This document shows positions 28,692-41,000 of a DNA stretch of 64,000 bases, piece after piece; the first letter of the stretch is position 1, and each line of letters begins with the position of its first letter. The stretch lies in assembly GCA_040954595.2 (NCBI GenBank), contig CM082588.2, positions 3,246,513 through 3,310,512 on the forward strand. The letters run 5' to 3'. This DNA is from Balanoglossus misakiensis (lineage: Eukaryota; Animalia; Hemichordata). The translations under genes were made by a program, and so were the position numbers. The notes under the pieces are model-generated. The model saw only the letters and a program-made list of their open reading frames with translations, had not been told where the DNA came from and searched no databases.

Positions 28692-30939
28692 CTTGAAGTG
28701 GGCGACTGAAACTTGGCAATCAAGTCAAGGAGGGAAACATAAACTTCGCTTCGCCGCACGATCCTGATCAGCGCTTAGCTTATACTTCGGACGGGAGTCA
28801 TCCCTGGCCAATAAAGATAGTCGAGAAACACAAACGCTAACTTCAATCAGCGTTGTCTGTGGAGCATAGACTCAACCTCCCCCAGCACGTACACGAGTCA
28901 CTGGAAGCGAATACTTGAACCCACTCTGGGAGAACCGCTCGAAGACGCCCGCTACCACCAATCATCAAACCACGCTAAATTTAGTGCGTAATTCCAGCTG
29001 ACGTATAGATTTCATCCCCCGCTGTGTTATGACGACCATTTGGGTCTGTGTCACCTTAATATTTAACACTGAGTCAGCAGTGCAATGTAAACGCAGCACC
29101 TGAGAAGACCTGCTCCAGCAAGACATAAGCGACGACGCTTTCAAGGCGAAAAAATCGCCACTTTCACTCGGATTTCAACATTTGTGCATAACTTTTGATA
29201 CTGGCCATTCTCTCGATATAAAGGGGACCATGACAGTTACTAAGGTAACTCTAAGTTACTCTAACTTAAAACTGAGAAGACGTGCTCAAATAGCTGAACC
29301 GATGCGTCAGGTGTCAAAAATAGCTGTCAGTGAAATTCCTAAAGCGTAGGTTTATATTTTTCGGGTTCTACTATCGCTTGTTTTATTTTTCCAATTTGAC
29401 ATCATTATACACATGCAGCATTAAAATGGCCGTCGTATTTAAAACACATGCTGGCACTACCAAGAATAAACCAAACGTTTGCACACTTTAAAAGACCACT
29501 ACAAGCTTTAGCTATGGATCCATACGGGTAGCCTGGACAGTCTCAAAAACTCCAACACAACATCTCAGCACAGCGGACATTTGGAAAAGTCTTTGAGCAA
29601 TTTGCCCTATGCAACGGCGATGGGGAGTTTAATAAAGACACAGTAGCTGAACGACCTACTTCTCGTGGCTTTTCCATACATTGTAGCTATAATCAGATAC
29701 GGAATATAAATATGATACTCCAAACGCGTAGACATATTTGGCTGGGAATGCTTGACGCATATAGCAATTATTTCGCGGCTGCGACATTAATAGTCACAGC
29801 TTACCACAGCCAACTTTCTTGTGAATTTACGCCATCACACTACGCATCTTCCTACAGAATAAGAACCGGGGGCGCTGCTACAAGTCAATGAAGGACGAAA
29901 GGGCGAAAAATTTATATTTCATGCCTATATATTTAAGAACGGAAAGTTTGCAGATACCAATATGTGACGACTGGTACAAAATAGTTGAGAATACATTTTG
30001 TGTATACGAATGCCCATATTTGGATGCCGTTTATTAGTGCATGATACTACAAATGGTAGCCAGAAATATAAGTGCACTTTTCCCATTAGCATAACACAAG
30101 GATGGGGCTCTACTATAAATAGGTGTGGCACGAGGTATATTAAACATATCTGCATCATTTTTAGCTTTTGGCCAATTTGATCTGCTATCTAAAATTCTAA
30201 CTTAACTTCTCGTCCTTTCTTTTAATTTTTTTCAAGTTACAAAAAAGATTTTAATCCTAAAATTTGAACAATATCAAATTTTACTCAAAACGGTCTTTGA
30301 TGGAAGGTAAATGAAAAAAAATGGTCACGTGTCAGAAGTGCGTAAAGTTAATAATACATTTATAGTTCACTTGGTTTCCATAAATAAAGCCGATATCCGA
30401 AAGGGCTATCTGAGACTTTATTGTGTATCACTCCGAGTAAATGAGTCTGGAATAATTTGGTTTGATCATGGAAATACACTAGATTACACAATCCTATTAA
30501 AGATTGCGTATATCCATAACGCACTGTCAGACTCGTGAATTTTCCCAATAGTCAAACTAAAGCCAATTTGGCACGTTGTAGTCCGGGACTTGGTCGCGTC
30601 ATGTTTGCTGTTAACGCTTTACTCAGAAATTTGCCTAGACATGTTTACTCACGAGAATTACTCGATTATCTGCAGGGCATAGCGAGACAAGACGACACCG
30701 TGTTTAGAGGTTAGCGCCAACGGACACCACCAGGTGATATTGAATTCACTTGTTTAACATCTTTGAACTCAATTCTATGTTCTTGCGAATATTTAAGTGA
30801 CTTTATTTTGACACTACCACCAGTACTTTTACTTTTAACTCTAAATTCAAAGTTGGATGTGTAAATAACGCGTGGTAACCAGTCATCTATACCATAGATA
30901 GGTAAAAACGTATAAGTACATGTATTTTTCAGATTCGAC

Positions 30940-33900
30940 ATGTTGCATTTCGATCACGTTCTGAAACACCTGCTCGGGGAGTTTGGGCCTTTCCAGAAAC
31001 GATGCTTATCCCTGGTCTTCTTGGCTGTCATGCCAACGGGGGCCTCGGTTTTCTCGCTCGTGTTCATGATGGCTGCAACCGCATCTTGGTGTAGGCTGCC
31101 CGTGCCAAATCCGGCGTGGTGCGCTGGGATACCCCTGGACCAATGTGCCGCTATCATTAAGAACCTGACCATACCGAAAGAAATGGTCTTCGACGGGTGT
31201 CAGACGACCGAGGGGTACAGTCGATGTTACCGGTACGATGTTGACTATTCGAACATGTCTCTGAATGATTTTGGTAACATGTCACAGATCAAATGTGACA
31301 CTGGTTATGAGTATGACACGTCACAGTACAAGTCAACCATACCACAAAAAGTGAGTAATGTTATTAACTTTTCAATAAAAGAGTAAAAATTGCTGCCTTC
31401 CCTATGAAACTCTGCGGCTGACGTCACCATCATGGTTTAAAAACTTAACAAGGTCTCACCGATCAACCAATCGGACAATCAATTAACCGAGCTCTTTATA
31501 CAAGAAGTAAATATAGATTGATAATGCAGTAAAAGTTGCGTCTATAAACAGAACAGTCGCACATGTACAGTTCAGACGATATATCGATAAATGCTTTTAG
31601 TCCTCAAAGGTTAAGAATATTCTTCCGTTTTGCTTCAGTTTGACTTGGTATGTGAAAAGGCCAACCTGGCATCAATAGTGTTTACAATCTTCACGGCCGG
31701 TGTCATTACAGGCGGCATCTTATTCGGACTATCTGTAGACAGGTAAGGGGACACGATGCAACCTACAAACACGGCCGGTAGATGTAATTATTCCCTGGCG
31801 AGTTTTGGTTTGGAGTCCAGAATTCCAGGAAGACATGATGTGAAATTGCTCAATACCCTTTTATCATCATTGCAGATTCGGTCGAAGAAGTTCCATGATT
31901 ATGGGCGGCCTTCTCCTAGCGACATTCGGACTTATTGGGGCATTCTCAGTCAATTTCACAATGTTTTGTGTGGTGAGATTCCTGGTCGGTCTCTCCGGAT
32001 TTGGGTTGTGGATGTCGTCCTTTGTTTACAGTAAGTACTGGTTTAAAGGTACTTGAAGTTATTCGTTGAAATAAATTGATTACAGTTAGATATGAAACGT
32101 TAACTCGTTTCAAAATACTACTCAACGTCTTCATAAGTGTTTCATAGATTGTTGTGTGCGTGTTTTGAGGTCGGGTGCCTCCCTCAAAATCACGAGAAGT
32201 TTCAAATTCAATTTTGCTGGTGGCAGGGGAAAGTAGTTATATTGTACTGTACTGTACTGTACTGTACTGTACTGTACTGTACTGTACTGTACTGTACTGT
32301 ACTGTACTGTACTGTACTGTACTGTACTGTACTGTACTGTACTGTACTGTACTGTACTGTACTGTACTGTACTGTACTGTACTGTACTGTACTGTACTGT
32401 ACTGTACATTGCACTGCCCTGTATTGTACAATACTCTGTACCGCATATTGTATTACAATCAGTCACAGAACTATGTGGCCCGTCGAAGCGTGTAGCTGCT
32501 GGAATGATTACCTGTTCAGCATTTGGAGTCGGCTACCTCTTGATGGGGATGTCTGCCTACTTCATCCGTGATTGGTGGGTCTTGCACCTGGTCGTAGCAC
32601 TGCCTGGAGTTCTGCTGATCGTTTACTGGTGGTAAGAACAAAGACATTCTTTGATCAAAATTGACAGGAAAGGTGATACTGTAAGGATATCGTATTTGGC
32701 TAAACCTCTGTGTTCGTTCGATGGAGAAAAAATATTAAAGTTGTGATTTGTGTGAAAACAGATGGTGAATATCCTGTTTTCTTCTCTGCTTCCAACAAGA
32801 CTTTCTACACACGTGAATCGAAAGGAACTGTCGTTTTTCTGACAATCAGTTCCCGAGGCGCATACACCTTAATACACGGATTTCCTCAAAGTATTTAAAT
32901 ATTTTTTTTCAGGATTTTGCCGGAGTCTCCGCGATGGCTTATTTCTGTGGGGAAACTGGAAGAAGCAGAGAGAGTCATTCGCAAAATTGGCCGCATCAAT
33001 AGAGTCGAACTCCCCAAAAATCTGTACGATCAATCTTGGAATCCTAGCAAGCTAGAAGTTGACACGGTAACCTGAGTATTGTTGAACCATAAAATGACTA
33101 TTATTGTTTTGAAAAATATTTTATATCTCTTCTTGAAATGTTGGGGATCGGCTCCTAATTTGAAACATGTTTGAAACACATTTTATGATCATATCGTGAC
33201 ATTTAAAAATTATCATAAACTATTATAATCAACAGGATAATTTTGAAAGTCATGGAAAGAATGGCGTGATAGATTTATTCCGATTTCCAAATACGAGGAA
33301 AAGGACCTTGATTCTCAGCTACATATGGTAAGAGAACATCACTTCGTAATAACATTATATTATTGTGGCATGACATTTTAAGGCAATAAATTCATCGCAA
33401 AGGGAAATTTCAGCTGACAGTTTGACTATTTTCTCGACAGGTTTGTCGTTTCTCTCGTTTACTTTGCGGTCTCCCTGCACACTTCGGATGTTGGCGGTGA
33501 TGCCTACATCAGCACGGTTATATCCGCGTCTGTGGAGATACCAGCGCCGCTGATGGCGATCTACATCACTAACAGCAAGAGGATTGGCCGACGCTTTGCC
33601 GTGCTGGCTTCTCTCTTGATGTCTGCCGCTGCTTGCTTTGTGTTTCCGTTTATACCCAAGTGTAAGATTTAAAAGCTTCATGTACGACACTTCATACAAA
33701 ATACCAAAATCTTTGAAAGCAAAAGCATTTTCGCTAAACCTCTTGCCCTTTGTACATTTTTATCCTTGGCTGTTATAGGAACATACTGGACATGAATTAT
33801 GTTTCAGAAGTTATTACAACTTGAAGGACGTGCCATCCATATTATTTAAACATGATTTATGGTAATAAGTAACTGGTAAACTTGAAATAATCCTTCTCCA

Positions 33901-34704
33901 GGTGGTGACATTGTCTGGATTGGTATTGCTACCCTCATGCTGGGTAAAGTTGGTGTTTTGCTGGCATTTGATATCATTTACGTGTACACTGGCGAGGTGT
34001 ATCCGACTGTACTCAGGTAAGAATGCAATATTTCTTTTTTTTTGCACCAACTATATTTATAGGCATATAACTACAACTGAAATGTGGATTAGTTATGAAT
34101 AATTATCATGTGTTGACTGTATATATTGATTTCCCCAGATCCACTGGTGTTGGAGTGTGTGCAATAATTGGCCAGACCGGGGGTCTTCTTGCATCACAGG
34201 CTTTGCTGCTGCAACAAGTGTGGCCACCCCTCACCTTTGTGCTGTTCGGCATTCTGACAACCGTTGCAGCACTTGTAGTGCTTCCCCTGCCCGAAACACG
34301 TGGGAAAAAAATGCCAGAGACCATGAAGGAAGGGGAAAATGTCGGCATGTGAGTCCCAATCCACAAATACATTAAATTGCTTGAAATGTATTCGCATCAC
34401 TGAAATCTAACAAAACATGTTTCTGCTTGCCTTGTTTGATGTCCGTGGCTGCTTTGCAGTAGTAGACTCAAACCTTGCAAATTTTTGTATGTCAGCACAG
34501 ACTGAAATGATCACCTAGAAATGACAACTTACCCCTCTCTGTCTAATTTCTTCCCCATTTAGCACACCATGTAAACTGGAGAAAAATGACAACACCGAGA
34601 AAGGAATACACAAAAGCCCACAGGATGCCATTCAACTGAATGCTGATGAAACTTCAGTGAGGCAAGACGAAGATACTAGTTCGAAATTGACAAACTCAGT
34701 TTGA
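30940..34704 (+). CDS. SLC22-family organic cation/zwitterion transporter (MFS), ~590 aa, 10 exons
   Basis: Exons 30940-31350, 31639-31742, 31876-32030, 32463-32631, 32913-33066, 33236-33327, 33441-33661, 33902-34016, 34139-34348, 34563-34704, all GT-AG and in phase. Motifs FDHVLKHLLGEFGPFQ, Cys-rich first loop, FDLVCE, DRFGRR, PESPRWL, EVYPTVLR, LPETRG. Confidence 0.93.
32243..32407 (+). repeat. (TGTAC)n pentanucleotide microsatellite in SLC22 intron 3
   Basis: About 33 perfect units, then degenerate units up to the acceptor at 32462. Confidence 0.95.
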
Positions 34705-35033
34705 GTGGAAAAATGACAGTGCATATCGATTTCTAAGCACTGAATGTCATTTCATCACACCATTCACTGATTGATATTATATTGTTATTTAATTTTTTTG
34801 CTCCAATGTGTATACACTAGAGTCTAAAGACAATATATGAGTTATATGGTCCAGGTTGGGTGTTAATTTAATGGGTGGGTGATGGGGAAACGTGCAACAA
34901 AAAGACTATCACTAATTGACTAGTTTGTTCGTTGATGAATTTGATTCATCTTGTATTATCTGTATGTCAAGTACAAGTATGTGAAGACATATTGCCAATT
35001 TCCCACCAATGACTAGAGTTGGTTTCGAACCAC

Positions 35034-37612
35034 TCAGAATCTTGGTTTCGGAGTTGTGGGAACGTGGTCTGCCAGCAGGGAGAGCATCACAGCCTGTAAC
35101 AGTGAAACAGAGAAATGTTTTTTTGAATGTTATTATATTCACCAGGAAATACACAGTCTGAAAAATTGGCCAAGAGTGACAGAGGTGAACATGACCAGAC
35201 AAAACAACAGACACTCACCATAACGGTCCACTTTCTGTTCTCAGCCTCTTGCCAGACAAGGGATCTTTCACTGTAAAACACTTCATCATCCACTTCTTCT
35301 GGTTTTCTTGGTAGACAGTGCAAGAAGCACCAGTCCGCACTGGCAACTTCACCCATCTGCAATGAAAGTGAAAATATATTTCACCATGAGCAGATGAATA
35401 TACCACCATAGACAATAGAAGATACCATATACATGCATATGGAGATATGAATCTGTTTTTTTTTTAACAAGTGAATCTTAACATTTATTGTGGATCTATA
35501 GAACTTGCATACCTTTTTATTGACCTGGTACCCTGCGAATGATTTGAGCCTAGCAGCTTTCTCTTCTTCTTGTCCCATGCTTATCCATGTGTCTGTTACT
35601 ATGGCGTCGACCTTTTGACAAGCTTCCATGGGGTCATGGGTCAAGTAAAGCTGGGTTCCATGCTGGTGTACAAGCAAAAGAGAAGTACAGTATGTAAAAC
35701 CATAACCATGGTTGTGAATCATCATAATTTGTATATGCAAGCCCCTACTGTGATTATACATTGTGGTAGGCCAGTCTCAATAAATTGCAGCAGTATGTTT
35801 GAAACTGATTAATATCCAGTTTGGATAAAACAAACTGATGATACCAACCTCATGACAAATCTTCTTTGCATCTTCAATCACCTTCGAATCTGGTTCATAA
35901 CCCTTACAAGGAAAGACAGTCAAAGTAAATATCAATTTGGTACATATGCACTATGCAATGCTGTAAGCATAGGAAATGTATCTCTGCCCTCAGGGCAGAC
36001 TGGTCATTGAAACTCCACACATTTCAAGCTCGATGCCTTTCATCAAGTTACAGACCATCTGAACATGTACATTTAGAGAGCTGATATTACCTTGGGTGTT
36101 GCCGCCTTGACATTCATCCCTAGTTTTGGTGCACCCATCATAATAGAGTGCAATATATTGTTACCATCTCCCACCCAGCCAATTGTACGTCCAGAAAGGC
36201 CGTGGAAGTGTTCCTGATGAGGAAAGAAAATCATGGGGTATAGTTTAGTATGCCATGATGTACACTGTAATACAAAGTAACAACCACTCTGCCAACCATA
36301 TGAATGCATGTGTGATGAATGTTTGAGTTTGACAGAGTGAGAAACTCTTACCTGAAGTGTTTGAAAGTCTGCAAGTATTTGAAGAGGATGGTACAGATCT
36401 GACAGTCCACTGACAACAGGTACTGAAGAATATTCTGCCAATGTATCCAAGTCTGACTGACCATACACCCTGGCTAAAATCAAATCTGTGAACCTACACA
36501 GAACTCTAGAGCAAAATTTAATAAAAAGATATTTGTCAATTTTTGATGTAGATCAATGCACCTCAAACAAAAACTGGTTCCCGGCAATCTGAACTGGTAC
36601 ATGTATGCTAGTATAATATGACCTTCACTATGTTCCACAGTACGAATGAAATCGACATCTAGTTTTGAAGTGTGTTTATTATGCAAATATACCTTGCAGA
36701 ATCAGCAATAGTTTCATTGACACCAAGGTGAATGTCATCAGTGGAGAGAAAACAGCCATGTCCTCCCAAAGAGTGTATGCCTGAAAAAGACAGTCAAATC
36801 ATGAGTAGAAACATATAAACTTTCACATAAGAATCTCAGGGTGGTCAGATAAAAGATAGATCGTCTTGGAATGGCCAGCAATCATTGAGAAAAGCCACAC
36901 CTGTTTCTGTTGACAGTCTTGTTCTTGTGCTCCTCTTCTGAAAAATCATTGCGATGGATTTCCCCAACAGGGGCTGATAGATTTCCTTCTCAACTTTGAT
37001 CCTCTGCTTCAGATCAGCAGCAACCCACAACAAATGCTGGATCTCACTGGCTGTGAAATCCTTCAAGGTCAAGAAGTCCCTGCCCTTCAGAGATGGCAAG
37101 TCACGGGAACCTCTGTGAAGAAAAATACACTTTCATTTAATTACACTTCGGGATAATGGTCACAGATATTGACATGTTCAACCAAGACATATGTATTCAT
37201 GTCAAATTTTGGTTTGTGCGAGAGAGATCCATATACTTTGAAGTTGGAAGACATAAGTGAACCTTGAAGATGAAAGAACTATTCATTGCTATTGCTGTAA
37301 ATTGTAATCATGGACTTACAAGCTACATCCATGTTGTCAATTGCAATGTAACAACAGGCTGAAACGTGATTATAGAACCATGCATATTCGTCCCTCGTCA
37401 AAGTAGCCTTGAACACTAAACAAATTACTAAACTGATCACAGCAAGGATGGCTTTCTACATATCTGTATGCGCTAAAAACAATATTCACTTACTGTCCAG
37501 CCAGATCTCCGTGATAGTACATACACCCAACATGTTTCTGCACACAGATTCTTTTCGGCACGAAGATGCTTCGAGCGCCCACACTTAAAACTCTTGTCGC
37601 AACCTTAGACAT
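35034..37612 (-). CDS. OTC: Ornithine carbamoyltransferase, mitochondrial, ~365 aa, 9 exons
   Basis: Exons 37612-37494, 37112-36901, 36780-36693, 36505-36352, 36213-36091, 35902-35849, 35662-35513, 35356-35219, 35093-35034. Basic N-terminal transit-like peptide, [51 protein letters not shown]. The last seven exon sizes (88,154,123,54,150,138,60) match human OTC as I recall them. Confidence 0.97.
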
Positions 37613-38074
37613 AGCGTCGCACGGTGCAGGTAGAAAAACAGCTTGATTATTAAACGATCGGCAAATGCTGGAAGGCAACGGGACTTCTCTCGTTCTGATC
37701 TGAAGATTATACTGCAGCCAATCTGTGATGTGACCTTGCGTGAACCTTCTAATCTGTCCGACGCGTGCTTGTTTCAGCAGCTGACCTCAAATGTTTATCT
37801 TTGAGGTCAAAGGTTACAGCCCACTTTCAGTTATTCTATAACGCAGACTTATTCGTGTGATTAAATATGTGATAAAATATGGCGATTTTAAATGGAGATA
37901 AAATGACTTCAAATGTGGATGAAATAGCAAGAAATTAACGAGCAACATACGATAGGGGCCGTACCATCTGAAATATCGCAATTTCACGCCTTTCAAAGTC
38001 AAAATCGCGTGAGATCTAAAAATGGGGAATTACATCCGGGTACTTCGCGTGCTTCAAGTTGTGTACATCTGAAC
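37613..38074. promoter_or_regulatory. Bidirectional promoter region shared by OTC and RPGR
   Basis: 462 bp between divergent ATGs; CpG-containing; DR1 AGGTCA-A-AGGTTA at 37804-37816; TGACCTTG half-site at 37731-37738. Confidence 0.75.
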
Positions 38075-41000
38075 ATGGCGACCGACGACGACGATATACC
38101 AGGTAAGAAAATAAGGAAATGCGAAGAGTTTTGTTAATTTCACTATAATCTAATTGTTCTACATGAGTATGCGATACAGGTATGGGTGTCCGATCGCTTA
38201 TGCGCGCGACGGATCAGCTGGTAGCGGAGAGTAAATCATGAAGTTATAAACATGGTCGCTACTCGGTTAGCGTCCCTTGCAACAGGAGTGTCATGATGAG
38301 CCGCAGTTCCGTTACCCCTGTCTAGTCCCAGCAAGCTAACGATCGCGTTGGCGCAGTTAAATGATTTTTTTCTCACGATGTGGAAAGGCATCGGGGGTTC
38401 TATACGGTATGCCACGATCGTCTGTTCATCGACATTTCGCCCGAATAACTGACTACATAGTGTCCAAAAGGTCAATACCATAAACGTACCCAAGGACCAC
38501 GTTCATTGCACTCGTAATGTACATGTTTGTATAGCGGTATGTACAGGGTCGTTCCAGTAGAGTAGATTTGCATGACAGTGTCCTGATTTCACTGTGCTTT
38601 TACCAACTGAGTGACAGGAAGAATTTGCCACAGCATTGTCATGCATGATACATTCACAAACCTGACAAGGTGAACAAATAAAATTATGGAATGCCTAGTA
38701 ATAATATCCTGAGGACTGAAAAGATAAAATAAATTTAGGAGCTTGCTTTAATCATATACCCTAGAGAAAGGGTCTATGCTTTAATAACTATTCGCCCCCT
38801 CCCTGTGTAACACAATTTATAATCATCCCATTGGTTATAAAATTCCAGTCAGCCTGTTGTAAAGAAGAACCTCGTCACTGATAATCAGTTTGCTGAAGTG
38901 TGTGTACAGTTGCTAGGTTTTGGGGTTATGCTAGCATCTTGACAACAAGAACTATTCGTTGTTGTTGGTACATGTATTAGTACAAATGTATTCTTAAGAT
39001 GGGTTTTTAATTAGTATTGAAGTCCAGTATCTGCCTTTGATTTGAAGACACTGTGCCATTATATACCGTCTCAGTCAGTGCTCCACACAGAGAATTAAAT
39101 TAAAGACTTAGACTGTCGACCTTTACACTTTATTTATGAGAAAGCAATATATATCAATCATAAAAGTTAATCAGATAGCATTGTTATGCAAATTATCAAA
39201 TACTGTATCTTAAATTCCTGGTGACAACGTCTCCAATAAATTATGTGGCTAATTGGCTGTCTTTTGTGTTGAAGTGACACACCTAGATGTATGTATCTGT
39301 GATCTTCTGCATATAATGTATATGTGCTTGCATGGAAGAGGAAGTACTGATGTAAAATATTGTTTGTGCATTGAGTGGGTGCAATTTATTGTACTTTGCT
39401 AAATGCAAAGTGTGCATTGTTGTTCTGTCTGCTAATTGATCCCTGTGGGTGAAGTCTGGAAGGCGGGGATTAGGGAAGTCATATAGATAATACACGTCCC
39501 ATATGTGTACCTGGACATATAAACATTTCATTTTCAGGTTTTAATTTTCTTTTGTCCTGTCAAAAATTATATCACAAGGGAAAAAAATGAGGCTTATTGT
39601 TGATGAGTTCTGTGCATGCAGTCTATTATTCGCCTATTACATGTGTAATCTCTATGATGATCAGAAGATTTCATTATGTAAAACAATCATCGATAATCAG
39701 TACGGTCTCACTCTGCCTTTCACAGAAACTGGAGCCATATTCACATATGGTAAGAGTAGGTTTGCGGACAATTTACCCAGCAAGTTCTGGATCCGAAATG
39801 ACAGAGCAATCACCATATCTTGCGGAGATGAACACTCCGCCATCATCACAGGTATGTGTGAACAGAAAGGACCATGCTAACTCTGTATCTGAATAGGGCT
39901 AATGATAATTACAGTACATGTGATTGGCACTATTGTTTGGTAGCCTGTGCTATTCTTTCTGCAGAAACCATCCAACTGTCTAAAAAAGATTTTATTGTCC
40001 TATTTTTTCAGAATCAGGTCGTCTTTATACATTTGGCGCCAACGACTGGGGACAACTCGGACTCGGTCACATGAAACCAACCAACAAACCAGGATGTGTC
40101 AAAAGTGAGTATTGGTAATCAATCACAACTTGGTTACCAAGTGCTTGTCTTTGGTCATTGCTGCTTTTGAAATGATCCCTAGCAATGACAACTGACAAGC
40201 ACACTCAGACAATAAAATAACTTGCATACACTGTGTATGCTTGGCAGTTCAGTTTGCATTAAAAATACTTGACTGCTCTCATTGCACATACAAACATTCG
40301 TGTGTGAGCCTCAACTGTACATGAAACTCATCATCAAATTACTTATTAATGTAATTTTAATCTGAAATACACAACGCATATCTCTGCAATCAGATGGCTT
40401 GCAGCTATATGTATGTTCTGTACATGTGAATGAGATACAGTATACTGAATTACAGGAATTGATAGGTAATGACTGTTCTCCTTTCTGTTGCCAGCTCTGA
40501 AGCAAGAAGGAGTGAAACTAGTAGCATGTGGGCGATCACACACTGTTGTCAGTACTAAAGCTGGCCGATTGTATGCCTTTGGTGCCGGTTCAGATGGCCA
40601 ACTGGGCATAGGGGGCCAGCGTGACTGCAATTCACCTCAACTCATAGAATCGCTACCGGAACAAGAATACAAAGTTTTGTCGGCAGGGACTGACCACTCA
40701 GCAGCTCTTACAAGTGAGTGTGTCTCTGTTACTATTTTCACACCAATGCCCAGGTTTGCACTGGAGTATAATGTATTAACCCTTTCACCACCATGGTTTA
40801 GTCTGACTCCATTGTTCTCAATGGTAATGTCGGACCGCTATACAGGAAAATGGGGTGAAAGGGTTAAGGATGTGTGTACACTGCAAAAACATTGAATGTG
40901 TCTATTCACATGGAATGACCTTCTGGTTTCATTGCAGCTGATGGAAAATTATACATTTGGGGTAACGGTGGTGAGGGTCAGCTCGGCTTGGGAGACACAG

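Noticed and set aside
32131-32571. YSTVQ/VLYCT repeat ORFs
   Set aside because: Translations of the (TGTAC)n intronic microsatellite.
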